Source: a virus. Taken from it: a DNA stretch of 64,000 nt. Each line of letters begins with the position of its first letter. Position 1 is the first letter of the stretch. Made by a program: the position numbers and the translations under genes. The stretch is from the IMG/VR virus record IMGVR_UViG_3300035670_000019, positions 99,031 through 163,030 of that record. One strand, given 5' to 3'. Below the pieces are notes generated by a model. That model ran no database searches, was not told the origin of the DNA, and saw nothing but the letters and a program-made list of their open reading frames with translations. Of this stretch, positions 1 to 11,283 are shown piece after piece.

Positions 1-2
1 TT

Positions 3-659
3 TTTGAAGACGAGTTTAGAAAAGTATACTTAGAAGAATATAAAGCAAATAAAAACACTCACTTCAGTGGAGCAGCAGAAATGAGAGAGTTTTATGATGA
101 TGGTATTGCTATATTAAATTTCTTTAAAAAACGCAAAGGACAATATTTCAGTAAACGAGGATGGTATTTGGTTGCTTGTGAGTTACCTATTGTTATAACA
201 CCTAATAATGCGTTTAAAAACGTTTTATATAAGGGTTATATTGATCTTGTAATGTATCATGAACCTACAAATACCTTTAAAATATACGACTTTAAAACGT
301 CTACTCGAGGATGGAATGATGATGCTAAAAGAGATGAACGTAAACAATTTCAATTACTATTCTATAAAAAATACTTTAGTGAACAATATAATGTTCCTGA
401 AGACAATGTTGAAGTTGAGTTTGTTATCTTAAAAAGAAAAATATGGGAGGAAAGTGAGTATCCACAAAGTCGTATTCAAGAATTTGCTCCTCCAAGCGGT
501 AAAATCAAAATGAAAAAAGCATTAACCGCTATAGATAATTTTCTAAATGAATGTTTTAACATTGATGGATCATACAAAGACACATCACATCCTGCGACTC
601 CAAGTAAAAGCTGTCAATGGTGTCCTTATAATGAGAGAAAAGATCTTTGTAACAAATAG
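3..659 (+). CDS. PD-(D/E)XK nuclease, Cas4/AddB-like (5' truncated by window edge)
   Basis: Frame is open from position 3 (FEDEFRKVYLEEY...). GYIDLV...IYDFKTS...QLLFY motifs and C-terminal CxxC-x7-C. Confidence 0.8.
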   Translation, partial: FEDEFRKVYLEEYKANKNTHFSGAAEMREFYDDGIAILNFFKKRKGQYFSKRGWYLVACELPIVITPNNAFKNVLYKGYIDLVMYHEPTNTFKIYDFKTSTRGWNDDAKRDERKQFQLLFYKKYFSEQYNVPEDNVEVEFVILKRKIWEESEYPQSRIQEFAPPSGKIKMKKALTAIDNFLNECFNIDGSYKDTSHPATPSKSCQWCPYNERKDLCNK

Positions 660-671
660 TGTTTTCGTATA

Positions 672-687
672 TATTTATATATAAATA
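672..687. promoter_or_regulatory. 16-bp perfect palindrome TATTTATATATAAATA (late-promoter-like motif or operator)
   Basis: Read directly; 6 nt upstream of ORF 694; overlaps the ATATTTATA motif seen before late genes. Confidence 0.45.
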
Positions 688-693
688 AGTGTT

Positions 694-879
694 ATGGATA
701 AAAAGGATATGACATTAACAAGCGTGAAAGTTCAAAGCGACTTGTTTGAAGATTTCAAATTAGAATGTGTTAAGCGAAAATTTTCTTTACAAAAGCTTGT
801 AGATAGAGCAGTCCATTTATATCTTACATCAGACGAATTTAGGAAGTCAATTCACAATCACAATAATTTAAATCGATAA
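694..879 (+). CDS. Small putative ribbon-helix-helix DNA-binding protein
   Basis: TSVKV beta-strand followed by two helices (FEDFKLEC; SLQKLVDRAVHLY). Confidence 0.5.
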   Translation: MDKKDMTLTSVKVQSDLFEDFKLECVKRKFSLQKLVDRAVHLYLTSDEFRKSIHNHNNLNR

Positions 880-887
880 AAAGTTTT

Positions 888-2324
888 ATGAATCAAAGTT
901 TTGGTTATCTTCCTCAAAATGAGAGGAAAAAAATCTTACTAATTTGTGACGATATTAGAGTACATTCAGGTGTAGCTACTGTTGCTCGAGAATTAGTATT
1001 AAATACAGCTCAACATTTTAATTGGATTAATGTAGGAGGTGCTATCAACCATCCTGAACAAGGTAAACGATTAGATTTATCTGATAACACTAATGAAAAT
1101 ACTGGTTTAACAGATAGCTCAGTCATTTTATATCCAACTAACGGATATGGAGATGCTCGTTTGATTAGACAACTAATCCAAGTAGAAAAGCCAGATGCTA
1201 TTTTCTTAATCACTGATCCAAGATATTTTATTTGGTTGTTCCAAATTGAAAATGAAATCAGAAAGAAAATGCCTATTATCTATCTCAATATTTGGGATGA
1301 TTATCCAGCTCCAATGTATAATAGAGCGTATTATGAGTCATGTGATGCTTTGTTATCTATCTCTAAACAAACTAAAAACATTAATACTTTAGTATTAGGC
1401 GATAAAGCTAAAAACAAAATTATTCAATATGTACCTCATGGTTTAAATGAAGATGTCTTTAAACCACTTGATGTTAATGCACCTGAATTAAAAGAGTTTA
1501 AAAAGAAATTATTTGGAGGTAAAGAAATTGATTTCGCTTTATTCTTTAACTCTCGAAACATTCGCCGCAAACAAATCCCAGATACAATGATGGCTTATAA
1601 GTTATTTGTTGATGGATTATCTGAAGAACAAGCAAAACGTTGTGCGTTTGTATTACATACTCAAGTAGTAGATGATAATGGTACTGACTTAGAAGCAGTA
1701 AGAGAATTATTGTTTGGTGATGATCCAAAATATAACATTATTTTCTCACAACAGATGCTCCCAGCTGGTCAAATGAATTTGCTCTACAATAGCACTGACT
1801 GCCAGATCCTATTAACTAACAATGAAGGTTGGGGATTGAGCTTAACTGAAGCGATATTAGTAGGTAATCCAATTATCGCTAATGTGACAGGTGGAATGCA
1901 GGATCAAATGCGCTTTAGTAAAAAAGGTAAGTGGATTGATTTTGATGATAAATTCCCTTCAAATCATACTGGCACAATTAAAGAACATGGTGAGTGGGCA
2001 TTTCCGGTTTATCCAACTAATCGTTCAATTCAAGGTTCACCATTAACTCCTTATATTTGGGATGATAGATGTAACGCTGAAGATGCAGCTAAACAAATTA
2101 AAGCAGTTTATAACTTATCTAAAGAAGAAAGAAAAACATTAGGTTTAAAAGGTCGTGAGTGGGCTTTATCTGATGAAGCAGGATTCACAAGTAAAAAAAT
2201 GGGTATTAATGTTATTAAAACTTTAGATAAATTATTTAAAACTTGGAAACCAAGAAAAACATATGAGTTAGTAAATGCTAATGAAACTAAACCTAAAACT
2301 GTACCTCACCAATTAGTTTATTAA
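888..2324 (+). CDS. GT-B glycosyltransferase (GT4-like)
   Basis: N-terminal SGVATV motif; EGWGLSLTEA donor-binding motif. Confidence 0.85.
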   Translation: MNQSFGYLPQNERKKILLICDDIRVHSGVATVARELVLNTAQHFNWINVGGAINHPEQGKRLDLSDNTNENTGLTDSSVILYPTNGYGDARLIRQLIQVEKPDAIFLITDPRYFIWLFQIENEIRKKMPIIYLNIWDDYPAPMYNRAYYESCDALLSISKQTKNINTLVLGDKAKNKIIQYVPHGLNEDVFKPLDVNAPELKEFKKKLFGGKEIDFALFFNSRNIRRKQIPDTMMAYKLFVDGLSEEQAKRCAFVLHTQVVDDNGTDLEAVRELLFGDDPKYNIIFSQQMLPAGQMNLLYNSTDCQILLTNNEGWGLSLTEAILVGNPIIANVTGGMQDQMRFSKKGKWIDFDDKFPSNHTGTIKEHGEWAFPVYPTNRSIQGSPLTPYIWDDRCNAEDAAKQIKAVYNLSKEERKTLGLKGREWALSDEAGFTSKKMGINVIKTLDKLFKTWKPRKTYELVNANETKPKTVPHQLVY

Positions 2325-2342
2325 TATTAAAAAAAAAGTTAT

Positions 2343-3653
2343 ATGAAACCATTATTTTTTATTAGTTGCCCTATTGACACATATAGTGGATATGGAGCAC
2401 GTTCTCGAGATTTAGTTAAAGCAATCATTGCGTTAAATAAATATGATGTTAAAATTATTCCCCAAATGTGGGGTAATACACCTTGGGGTTTTATTGATGA
2501 TAATCCTGAGTGGTTATTTTTAATACCTCATTTATGGACCCAACCTCAACTTCCAAAACAACCTGAAATTTGGATGCAAATTACAATTCCAAATGAGTTT
2601 CAACCTATTGGTAAATATAACATTGGAGTAACAGCTGGTGTTGAAACAACATTAGCTCCTGGGGATTGGATTGAAGGAATTAATAGAATGAATTTAACAT
2701 TAACTTCTTCTGAGCATTCAAAAGAAACATTTATTAAAACTGTTTTACAAAAAGTAAACCAACATACTAATCAACCAATTGAGCAAATCCAAGTCAACCA
2801 ACCTATTGAAGTATTATTTGAAGGTGCTAATATTGATATCTATAAATCACTTGATACAGTAGAATCATTTCCTGAGTTAACTGATATTAAAGAAAAATTC
2901 TGTTATTTGTTTGTAGGTCACTGGATTAATGGTGATTTAGGTGAAGATAGAAAAAATGTTGGTTTGTTAATTAAAGCGTTTTATGAAACATTTAAAAATA
3001 AAAAACAAAAACCAGCCCTTATTTTAAAAACATCTCAAATGGGTTCTTCATATGTTGATCGAGATGAGATATTAAAAAAAATAACAGCTATTAAAAAAAC
3101 AGTTAATTCAAAAGATTTACCAAACATTTATCTATTACATGGTGAATTTAGTGATTCTGAAATGAATGAATTATATAATCATTCTAAAGTAAAAGCAATG
3201 ATTAATTTAACTAAAGGTGAAGGTTTTGGTCGCCCATTATTAGAATTTAGTTTAACTAAAAAACCAATCATCACAACTAATTGGAGTGGCCATAAAGATT
3301 TTCTAGATGAAAACTTCACCACTATGCTCCCAGGCGCTATGGCTAATGTCCACCCAAGCGCAGCTAATCAGTGGTTACTGAAAGAATCACAATGGTTTAA
3401 TGTTGATACAGGATATGTAGGACATCATTTAAAGAATATGTTTGAAAATTATAAAACATATATTGATGGTGCTAAACGCCAAGCGTATAAAAGTAAAAAT
3501 GAATTTAGTTGGGATAAAATGAAAGATAAATTAAATCAATTATTTGATCAATATATCCCTGAGTTCCCAAAACAAATTCAATTACAACTTCCTAAATTAA
3601 ATAAAATTGAATTACCAAAACTTAAAAAAGTAGAAGAAAATGTCACAGGATAA
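2343..3653 (+). CDS. GT-B glycosyltransferase (GT4-like)
   Basis: SGYG motif, RKN, EGFGRPLLE. Confidence 0.85.
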   Translation: MKPLFFISCPIDTYSGYGARSRDLVKAIIALNKYDVKIIPQMWGNTPWGFIDDNPEWLFLIPHLWTQPQLPKQPEIWMQITIPNEFQPIGKYNIGVTAGVETTLAPGDWIEGINRMNLTLTSSEHSKETFIKTVLQKVNQHTNQPIEQIQVNQPIEVLFEGANIDIYKSLDTVESFPELTDIKEKFCYLFVGHWINGDLGEDRKNVGLLIKAFYETFKNKKQKPALILKTSQMGSSYVDRDEILKKITAIKKTVNSKDLPNIYLLHGEFSDSEMNELYNHSKVKAMINLTKGEGFGRPLLEFSLTKKPIITTNWSGHKDFLDENFTTMLPGAMANVHPSAANQWLLKESQWFNVDTGYVGHHLKNMFENYKTYIDGAKRQAYKSKNEFSWDKMKDKLNQLFDQYIPEFPKQIQLQLPKLNKIELPKLKKVEENVTG

Positions 3654-4101
3654 AATTATTATATGCCCTAAATCAGGAGGTGACTTATGTTATGAAACAC
3701 AAGTTACACCTGAAATTACAAATTGGATGTCTTTATCTTGTGGGTATTGGACTAATAGTTTAATGACTAAAAATAGTGATTTTTATAAAGAACAATTTGA
3801 AGTACTACCTGAATTATATAAAGATTTAGCCTGGGAAGATTTAAATACAGGTTTAATTTGGTTACCTCAAACAATTAATCATCCATCTCAAGGTATGATA
3901 TTCGCTAATGGGACATCATCTGATGACTGGAAATGGGCAGCTGTTAAAGCTATTAAAGTAACTGAAGAAGAAAAAGAAAAATATCCAATCCCAAAACAAC
4001 CAGGTAAATTCTATGAATACAGAATGAATATGGAAACACTTCAACATTTTGAAGAAAGAGAGTTTATAGATGCTTTAGAATATATTGGCTTAATAAATTA
4101 A
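3640..4101 (+). CDS. Hypothetical protein
   Basis: 153-aa ORF overlapping the upstream GT gene. Confidence 0.7.
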   Translation: MSQDKIIICPKSGGDLCYETQVTPEITNWMSLSCGYWTNSLMTKNSDFYKEQFEVLPELYKDLAWEDLNTGLIWLPQTINHPSQGMIFANGTSSDDWKWAAVKAIKVTEEEKEKYPIPKQPGKFYEYRMNMETLQHFEEREFIDALEYIGLIN

Positions 4102-4119
4102 TTTTATTATATTATAATT

Positions 4120-4752
4120 ATGAAAATAAGTTATGGTTTAACAGTTTGTAATGAGCATCAAGAATTATTAAATCTTATTACATATTTAGAAAATAAAATA
4201 GATCATGAAGATGAAATAGTTGTTGTTTATGATCAAAATAGAGTCACTGATGAAGTAATAAATATATTAGAAAAACATAAAGAAAAAATACATTATTACC
4301 CATTTAATTTCCAACAAAATTTCTTAGAAAACAAAAACTATTTAGGTTCTAAATGTACTGGAGATTATATTTTTCAGATTGATGCTGATGAAATTCCAGA
4401 AGAATTCCTTATTCAAAATCTAAAATCAGTATTAGAATTAAATCCAGTTGAGTGTCTTATTATACCTAGAAAAAATTTAGTTGAAGGTTTAACCCAAGAA
4501 CATATTCATAAATGGAAATGGAATGTAAATGAAAAAGGATGGGTAAATTGGCCTGATCCTCAAAAACGTGTCTATAAAAATGATCCTAAAATACAATGGT
4601 CAGGACATCAAGTTCATGGTATGGTTGAAGGATATAAAACTTTTGTAGCTTTACCATTTGAAGAAGAATGGAGTATTATTCATAATAAAACTATTGATCG
4701 TCAAGAGAAACAAAATGAACGTTACACTAAAATAGATTTAAAACAAATATGA
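4120..4752 (+). CDS. GT2-family glycosyltransferase
   Basis: ISYGLTVCNE start and IFQIDADE (DxD) motif. Confidence 0.85.
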   Translation: MKISYGLTVCNEHQELLNLITYLENKIDHEDEIVVVYDQNRVTDEVINILEKHKEKIHYYPFNFQQNFLENKNYLGSKCTGDYIFQIDADEIPEEFLIQNLKSVLELNPVECLIIPRKNLVEGLTQEHIHKWKWNVNEKGWVNWPDPQKRVYKNDPKIQWSGHQVHGMVEGYKTFVALPFEEEWSIIHNKTIDRQEKQNERYTKIDLKQI

Positions 4753-5567
4753 AAAAAATAGCAATCACTGTTTTAGCTAAAGGTTATCCTTATGAAAATA
4801 TGTATGAATCTAATTTAATTAGGCGAAACATGTATTTAGAGCAAACCCTATTATCTTATGATAAGAGTAATTATGACTTTATAATTGTTCATGAAGGTAA
4901 TATCACTAAAGAACATCAAGATTATATATCACAGTATACTCCTAATTTAGATATTATTTTTTGGAACATAAAAGATATTGAACCAAAAAATGCTTTTGAT
5001 GATAGTAAAAATATAGTTAATCAATTATGTCCACCTAATCATTTTACTTCAAATTTCTTTGTGGGATATAAACATATGTGTCACTTTTGGTCAATAGATT
5101 TTTTAGAGTATTTTAAAAATTATAAGTATATAGTGCGAGTAGATGATGATTGTTTTGTTGATCAATTTGACTTAAGTATATTAGACATGATGGAAAAAGA
5201 AAATATATTATTTGCTTCCCCAATGTTTCAAGGTCAAGATGATCCTTTAGTAGTTAATGGTTTAGAAAAATTTAGAGAAAAATTTACCGCAGAAAACTCA
5301 ATTTCTATAAAAACTCCATTTAATGAGATAAAATGTCCTTATACTAATTTCATGATAGTAGATATTGAGAATATAAATAAAAATAATCTTATTAAATCAT
5401 TTTTAAATGAAATTGATAAATGCAGTTGCATTTATAGTAATAGGTGGGGTGATCTTCCTATTTGGGGTATGATTTTAGATCTATTTCTTAATAAATCAGA
5501 ATATAAAGAAATAAAAGAAATTAAATACTATCATGGTAGTCATAATACATTAATAAATTTTAATTAA
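4749..5567 (+). CDS. GT15 (Kre2/Mnt1-like) mannosyltransferase-like protein
   Basis: GYKHMCHFW, YIVRVDDD and RWGDLPI resemble the GT15 motifs YxHMCRF and RWGDAP. Confidence 0.65.
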   Translation: MKKIAITVLAKGYPYENMYESNLIRRNMYLEQTLLSYDKSNYDFIIVHEGNITKEHQDYISQYTPNLDIIFWNIKDIEPKNAFDDSKNIVNQLCPPNHFTSNFFVGYKHMCHFWSIDFLEYFKNYKYIVRVDDDCFVDQFDLSILDMMEKENILFASPMFQGQDDPLVVNGLEKFREKFTAENSISIKTPFNEIKCPYTNFMIVDIENINKNNLIKSFLNEIDKCSCIYSNRWGDLPIWGMILDLFLNKSEYKEIKEIKYYHGSHNTLINFN

Positions 5568-5576
5568 ATCTAACTA

Positions 5577-6365
5577 ATGAAAATAGATAGAGCAATTTTA
5601 ATATCAGATAATAATCCATTATATTATTCTTTTTGGAATAATTTATCAAAAACATATAAAGAAAAATTTAATATTAACCCAACTTTAATATTTTTTGGAA
5701 CTCAAGAAGAATTAGAAACAGCTAATCTGTCTACTAAATATGGTAATATTATTATAGAAACTTCAGTGAATAATGTATTACCATGGCAATACACTTGGGC
5801 TTTATTTTACTATACAAAATTTTACCTTAATGAAGTTTGTGTTATTATGGGGATTGATCAAATACCTTTAGGTACATATTTTTTAAAAGATATTATTCAA
5901 GATGTTAATGATGATCAATATGTTATGTTAATTGATGACCAATATACTTTAGAAAACAAATTCCCAAAAAAGTGGGACCAAGGAGGATTTAGCCCATCTG
6001 CTTATCATATAGCTAAAGGAAGTACATTTAATAGTATATATAATTTTGAAGATTCTTTTGAAAAAGAAATTAAAAAAATAAATTCATTAAATATACCCAC
6101 AATGTGGATTGATGGTTGGGGTACAGATGAAGCGTATAGTTCAAAAATGTTAAGAGAATATCACAATAGAGATAGAATATCTGATTTGAGTGCTTCTGAT
6201 TCTTTTTTAAAAAGACGAATAGATTGCCATAGACATAATGAAGTACCATATGATATAAATTTATTAAATTCTAATTATTTTATTGAATGTCATGCTTGTA
6301 GACCTTATGAACATCATCAACAGTATTTAGATACTTTATTTAATAATATACCTAAATTTAATTAA
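5577..6365 (+). CDS. Putative GT-A-like sugar transferase
   Basis: MGIDQIP and WGTDE motifs; glycosylation cluster context. Confidence 0.45.
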   Translation: MKIDRAILISDNNPLYYSFWNNLSKTYKEKFNINPTLIFFGTQEELETANLSTKYGNIIIETSVNNVLPWQYTWALFYYTKFYLNEVCVIMGIDQIPLGTYFLKDIIQDVNDDQYVMLIDDQYTLENKFPKKWDQGGFSPSAYHIAKGSTFNSIYNFEDSFEKEIKKINSLNIPTMWIDGWGTDEAYSSKMLREYHNRDRISDLSASDSFLKRRIDCHRHNEVPYDINLLNSNYFIECHACRPYEHHQQYLDTLFNNIPKFN

Positions 6366-6366
6366 A

Positions 6367-6834
6367 ATGAAAAATTACTTTTTTCATGAAACATCAATAA
6401 TTGAAAGTGATAATATTGGTGAAGGTACTAAAATATGGGCTTTTAGCCATATATGTAAAGAATCTATTATAGGTAAAAATTGTGTGATAGGTGAAGGTGT
6501 TTATATTGGCCCTAAAGTTATTATTGGAGATAATTGTAAAATCCAAAATAATTCTTTAATCTATGAAGGTGTAATCTTAGAAGATAATGTTTTTTTAGGA
6601 CCTAACACTGTGACTACAAATGATCATAAACCTAAAGTAGATGGAGATTGGAAAAATTCTGATAGATTTAGATCAACATTATTTAAAAAAGGATGTTCTA
6701 TAGGAGCAAATAGTGTCATTATTTGTGGAATAACAATCGGAGAAAATAGCTTAATAGGAGCTGGCTCAGTTATCACAAAAGACATTCCAGATAATAGCCT
6801 AGCATATGGTAACCCAGCTAAAATTAAAAAATAA
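6367..6834 (+). CDS. Hexapeptide-repeat N-acetyltransferase (WbpD/WlbB-like)
   Basis: [27 protein letters not shown] and GNPAK left-handed beta-helix repeats. Confidence 0.9.
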   Translation: MKNYFFHETSIIESDNIGEGTKIWAFSHICKESIIGKNCVIGEGVYIGPKVIIGDNCKIQNNSLIYEGVILEDNVFLGPNTVTTNDHKPKVDGDWKNSDRFRSTLFKKGCSIGANSVIICGITIGENSLIGAGSVITKDIPDNSLAYGNPAKIKK

Positions 6835-6839
6835 CAATT

Positions 6840-7853
6840 ATGAGTAAATATAAAGTAGCTATTATTGGATGTGGAGCAATTTTACCTAGACATTTAGAAT
6901 CAATAGAAATGAATGATGATTTTGAATTAGTAGGATTATGTGATATTCAAGAAGATTTAGTTAAAAATTTAGGAGAAAAATTAAAAGTTAAAAGTTTTAT
7001 AAATTTTAAAGAATTAATTGATAGTAAAATTGCTAATTTTATAACAATAGCAACTCCAAATTCACTTCATATTGATCAAGCTATATATGCTTTAGAAAAT
7101 GGATGTGATGTTCTTATAGAAAAACCTGTAGCTTTTAGTGAGCAAGAAGTTGAAGAGATTATTCAAACTGCTAAAAATAATAACCAAAAAGCATATTGTG
7201 TATTACAAGTTAGATTAAACCCAACTGTGTCTTTATTAAAAGAAGTTTTAGATCTAAATTTACTAGGAAAAATAAGATCAGTTAATTTTATACAAAGATG
7301 GCAAAGACCATTTGAATATTTTACTGGGTGGAGAGCATTACCTAATGTTGGAGGAGGAACATTATATGAGGTAGGAATTCATTATTTAGATGTTTTACAA
7401 AAGTTATTTGGTAAACCTAAAGTTCATTCTTCAATTGTGTATTCAACTAAACATACTAATGTGGATATTGAAGACACTATTTATAGTATTTTTGATTTTG
7501 GAGAATTTGGTGGAACATGTGAAGTCACAATAGCGGCAGAACCAAGAAATTTAGAATGCTCATTAAGTGTATTAGGAGCAAATGGTTATCTGAAATTAGG
7601 AGGTAAAGCCCTTAACATTGTAGAATCAGCTAATTTCTTAAGTCAAGGAAGCCAAAACAAATTTGATGATATAATTAAGAATTATAATATTAATACTGAA
7701 CCTAATAATTATGGCTCATATCAAGGATCATGTCCAAACCATCCTTACGTCTACCAGAACCTAAATGAATTTGAAATAACAGAGACAGTAAATGTTATTT
7801 CCCTTATTGATGAAATTTATAAATACTCAAACATCCAATACCAAAGAAACTAA
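6840..7853 (+). CDS. Gfo/Idh/MocA oxidoreductase (WbpB/WlbA-like)
   Basis: IIGCGAI Rossmann motif, IATPNSLH, EKP, GGG..HYLD. Confidence 0.9.
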   Translation: MSKYKVAIIGCGAILPRHLESIEMNDDFELVGLCDIQEDLVKNLGEKLKVKSFINFKELIDSKIANFITIATPNSLHIDQAIYALENGCDVLIEKPVAFSEQEVEEIIQTAKNNNQKAYCVLQVRLNPTVSLLKEVLDLNLLGKIRSVNFIQRWQRPFEYFTGWRALPNVGGGTLYEVGIHYLDVLQKLFGKPKVHSSIVYSTKHTNVDIEDTIYSIFDFGEFGGTCEVTIAAEPRNLECSLSVLGANGYLKLGGKALNIVESANFLSQGSQNKFDDIIKNYNINTEPNNYGSYQGSCPNHPYVYQNLNEFEITETVNVISLIDEIYKYSNIQYQRN

Positions 7854-8656
7854 TGATTAATCATAATCTAATACAAATGTCAAGATTTTGTAATGATTTA
7901 CATGACGATGAAAGAATTATTTTTTGTAAAACTGATTTTATTTTAAATGAATTTGAACGTATAAAAAATTTAAATAAAAAAGTTATATTAATAATTGCAA
8001 ACAGTGATTATAGTGTTACTGAAGAAATCATGTCTATGTGTCCTTCAAATGTTGAGCATGTCTTTGCAACTAACACAACTTGTTACTCTGATAGAGTCAC
8101 TCCATTACCTATTGGAGTCGAAATTGAAGAACTAACTAAAAGGCCAGGCCATGGAATGATTAACCCAGGTATTTTTGAAAAAAAACCTTACCTTTTAGGG
8201 GAAATTAAAATTAAAACTACAGAAATATTAGATAAAATATATTCAAATTTTAATACCCATACTAATCCATCAGTTAGAGTTCCACTTAAAAACCATACAT
8301 TATCTAATGATATTTTTTTAAATAAAGAAGGTCTTACATATCATGATTTTGTAAAAGATGTTAAGAGTACTATAGCGACTTTATCTCCAAGAGGAAATGG
8401 TATTGAATGTATTAGAACATATGAAGTTTTATATCTAAATTCAATACCAATTGTGTATGGTGATTATAAAGAATATAAAGCAATTAATGAAAAAATTTAT
8501 AAAAACTTACCAATAGTTTTTATTGATGATATCACAGAATTTAAAGATTTTAATAAAATAGAAAATAAAATAAAAAATGTTAAAAATAATAGTTTAGAAA
8601 CTTTAGATTACTATTATTGGGTTGACAAAATTAATAAAACCGCTTATAAAATTTAA
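7853..8656 (+). CDS. Exostosin/GT47-like protein
   Basis: C-terminal LSPRGNGIECIRTYE..L.SIPIV motif. Confidence 0.6.
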   Translation: MINHNLIQMSRFCNDLHDDERIIFCKTDFILNEFERIKNLNKKVILIIANSDYSVTEEIMSMCPSNVEHVFATNTTCYSDRVTPLPIGVEIEELTKRPGHGMINPGIFEKKPYLLGEIKIKTTEILDKIYSNFNTHTNPSVRVPLKNHTLSNDIFLNKEGLTYHDFVKDVKSTIATLSPRGNGIECIRTYEVLYLNSIPIVYGDYKEYKAINEKIYKNLPIVFIDDITEFKDFNKIENKIKNVKNNSLETLDYYYWVDKINKTAYKI

Positions 8657-8671
8657 AAAATAACTAATAAA

Positions 8672-9274
8672 ATGGGAGCACAAAACAACATTGATGGTAT
8701 AATACTGAAAAACATAGGTAATACCGGATTTTTCATTGAAGCCGGTGGTTCGGACCCTAATGACCAAAATAACACCAGTTTACTAGAATCTTCAGGATGG
8801 AAAGGAATGATTATAGAACCAAAAACTGAATTTAATAGTTCCTATCAAAGATTTAGACCAAACTCAATACTTGAAAATTATGTACTAGTTAGCTCAGAAT
8901 ATAGTGAGTCGACAATCGATGGAGATTTCTCACATTATATGATGGGAGGTGTTGTAAACACTCATAACTTCCAAAATTGGTCACCGGCTTCATACCCATG
9001 TATTACTTTAGATACATTATTAAAAAAACATAACATAAGTGAAGTTACATTTTTTTCATTAGATGTTGAGGGATATGAAATTGAGGTATTAAATGGAATC
9101 AACTTTAATGATGTGTTTTTTCATGTTTTAGTTATTGAAAATCATGAACAAAAAGGAGTTAAAGATGACTTTTCATTTTTAGAAAATTTTGGATTTGATA
9201 GGAAATTTGTCATCAGTCAACATGAATTTTTTATAAATAAAGAATCTAAATACTATAATAATTTTTTATTATAA
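8672..9274 (+). CDS. FkbM-family methyltransferase
   Basis: FFIEAGG, W.G..IEP, FSLDVEGYE. Confidence 0.85.
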   Translation: MGAQNNIDGIILKNIGNTGFFIEAGGSDPNDQNNTSLLESSGWKGMIIEPKTEFNSSYQRFRPNSILENYVLVSSEYSESTIDGDFSHYMMGGVVNTHNFQNWSPASYPCITLDTLLKKHNISEVTFFSLDVEGYEIEVLNGINFNDVFFHVLVIENHEQKGVKDDFSFLENFGFDRKFVISQHEFFINKESKYYNNFLL

Positions 9275-9287
9275 AAATATAATACTT

Positions 9288-9995
9288 ATGAAAATTCATT
9301 TATTAGTAGATTATTATAAAAATCCACGTCCTGAACGAGCTGAAGAATTAGATTTTTGTTTTAATGAAAATATAAATTCTAAAGAATTTGATTATATTCA
9401 TATATTTCAAGAATCTCCTTTACCCATAAAAAATATACCTTCTAAAGTTAATGTCACTCCAATAACAAAAAGATTAACTTACCAATATTATTTTGATTAT
9501 GCTAAACAAAATATACCTCAAGATGATATTGTTATATTAAGCAACTCAGATATATTCTTTGACGAGTCTATTTCAATAGTTAAAGAATTAGATCTATCAA
9601 ATAAAGTATTAGCTTTAACTAGATTTTGTCCATATCATGGACATTGGGTTAATGAATTAGGTGAAGTAATTCCTTATGCTATACATAATAGATCTCAAGA
9701 TGTTTGGATTTGGAAAAATCCTTTAGATACAAAAAATATTGATTTTAATTTTAATATAGGTGTATTAGGTTGTGATAATAAAATAGCTTATCAATTACAT
9801 CAAGCTAACTATCAAGTTTGGAACCCCAGTTATTCTATCATATGTTATCATAAGCATAAAGAAAGAGATGATGATAAAGATCTCCATAAATCAAAACCTA
9901 AACAATGGCTCCCAGGGCCTTATTTATTCCCTGATGCTTGTTCTATAGAACATATGATAGATAAAAATTATAAATCTTATATAAATTTTAATTAA
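9288..9995 (+). CDS. Putative GT-A-fold protein
   Basis: ILSNSDIFFD, SQDVWI and GCDN motifs; cluster context. Confidence 0.5.
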   Translation: MKIHLLVDYYKNPRPERAEELDFCFNENINSKEFDYIHIFQESPLPIKNIPSKVNVTPITKRLTYQYYFDYAKQNIPQDDIVILSNSDIFFDESISIVKELDLSNKVLALTRFCPYHGHWVNELGEVIPYAIHNRSQDVWIWKNPLDTKNIDFNFNIGVLGCDNKIAYQLHQANYQVWNPSYSIICYHKHKERDDDKDLHKSKPKQWLPGPYLFPDACSIEHMIDKNYKSYINFN

Positions 9996-10006
9996 AAAAT
10001 AAAATT

Positions 10007-10591
10007 ATGATAAACTTAGAAGAAAAAGTAAATGAACTTTATACAACACCATCTGATATTAATGAACATTTCCCAGCTATAATTAAATATGGTAGTGAAT
10101 GTGAAACTATTACTGAGATGGGAGTTAGAGGTATTGTCTCAACTTGGGGATGGTTAGCGTGTGCTCCTAAAAAATTAATATCATATGATATTCATAATCC
10201 TGCAAAGTGGGGAGGAGATATTCAAAGTGTTTATGACACTGCTGCAGCTTATAATTTAAATTTTGAATTTAAGATAGCTGATGTATTAAAAATAGAAATT
10301 GATGAAACAGATTTATTGTTTATTGATACATGGCATGCATATGATCAATTAAAACAAGAATTAAAAATTCATTCTGATAAGGTAAAAAAATACATTTGTT
10401 TCCATGATACTACTTCTTATGAGTTTAATGATGAACCTAAAAACCATGAAAACACCTGGGAAGGACAATCCTCAGGGAAAGGAATTTGGCCAGCTATTGA
10501 AGAATTTCTTATGGAAAATAATGACACTTGGATATTAAAAGAACGCTTTAAGAACAATAATGGATTCACTGTAATAGAAAGAATTAAATGA
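10007..10591 (+). CDS. Class I SAM methyltransferase (Methyltransf_24-like)
   Basis: EMGVRGIVST, DLLFIDTWH, FHDT. Confidence 0.8.
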   Translation: MINLEEKVNELYTTPSDINEHFPAIIKYGSECETITEMGVRGIVSTWGWLACAPKKLISYDIHNPAKWGGDIQSVYDTAAAYNLNFEFKIADVLKIEIDETDLLFIDTWHAYDQLKQELKIHSDKVKKYICFHDTTSYEFNDEPKNHENTWEGQSSGKGIWPAIEEFLMENNDTWILKERFKNNNGFTVIERIK

Positions 10592-11283
10592 AAATAATTT
10601 ATAGAATAAGTGACACTGGTTATAATAAAATTAAACCAACCTATATTAATAATGAAGCTTGTTTAAAAAACTTCTGTAATGTATTCTTTGAATATATCCA
10701 TGATATACTAATTGTGGCAGATAATTGCAGTGAAACAACAATTACTATGATTAACAAATACATTGATCCAATCAATATAGTTAAAGTATCAGTTGGTCAT
10801 GGTGCTGGTACATTCAACCTAGCTTTAGACCAAGCACTTAAACTAGACGACAATGAGCTAGTATATTTCCTGGAAAACGACTACCTACATAAACATGGAA
10901 GTCCAGAAGTCCTAAGAGAAGGATTTGAATTAGGAGCATCCTTCGTATCCCTATACGATCATCCTGATAAGTACATAGACCCCAGCATAGGAGGAAACCC
11001 CTATTGTGGAGGTGGTGCTGAGGATACGAGAGTTTATCTAACGAAGTCTTCACATTGGAAGATGACAAATAGTACAACTATGACCTTTGCATCTAAGGTG
11101 TCTACTTTGAAACGAGTAGAATCTACTCTGAGAAAGTGGACATCAGGTACACACCCTGATGACTTTAAAATGTTCTTAGATCTAAGAGCACAAGGAGAGT
11201 TTTTAATAACACCTGTTCCAGGATACTCTACTCACGGAGAGACAGCTTGGTTAACCCCTTTAACAGATTGGAGCACTTTATGA
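10588..11283 (+). CDS. GT-A glycosyltransferase
   Basis: YFLENDYLH DxD-like motif. Confidence 0.65.
   Translation: MKIIYRISDTGYNKIKPTYINNEACLKNFCNVFFEYIHDILIVADNCSETTITMINKYIDPINIVKVSVGHGAGTFNLALDQALKLDDNELVYFLENDYLHKHGSPEVLREGFELGASFVSLYDHPDKYIDPSIGGNPYCGGGAEDTRVYLTKSSHWKMTNSTTMTFASKVSTLKRVESTLRKWTSGTHPDDFKMFLDLRAQGEFLITPVPGYSTHGETAWLTPLTDWSTL

Noticed and set aside
3-659. Cas4-like nuclease as part of a CRISPR system
   Set aside because: Solo PD-(D/E)XK nucleases are common in phages; no array or other cas gene in the window.
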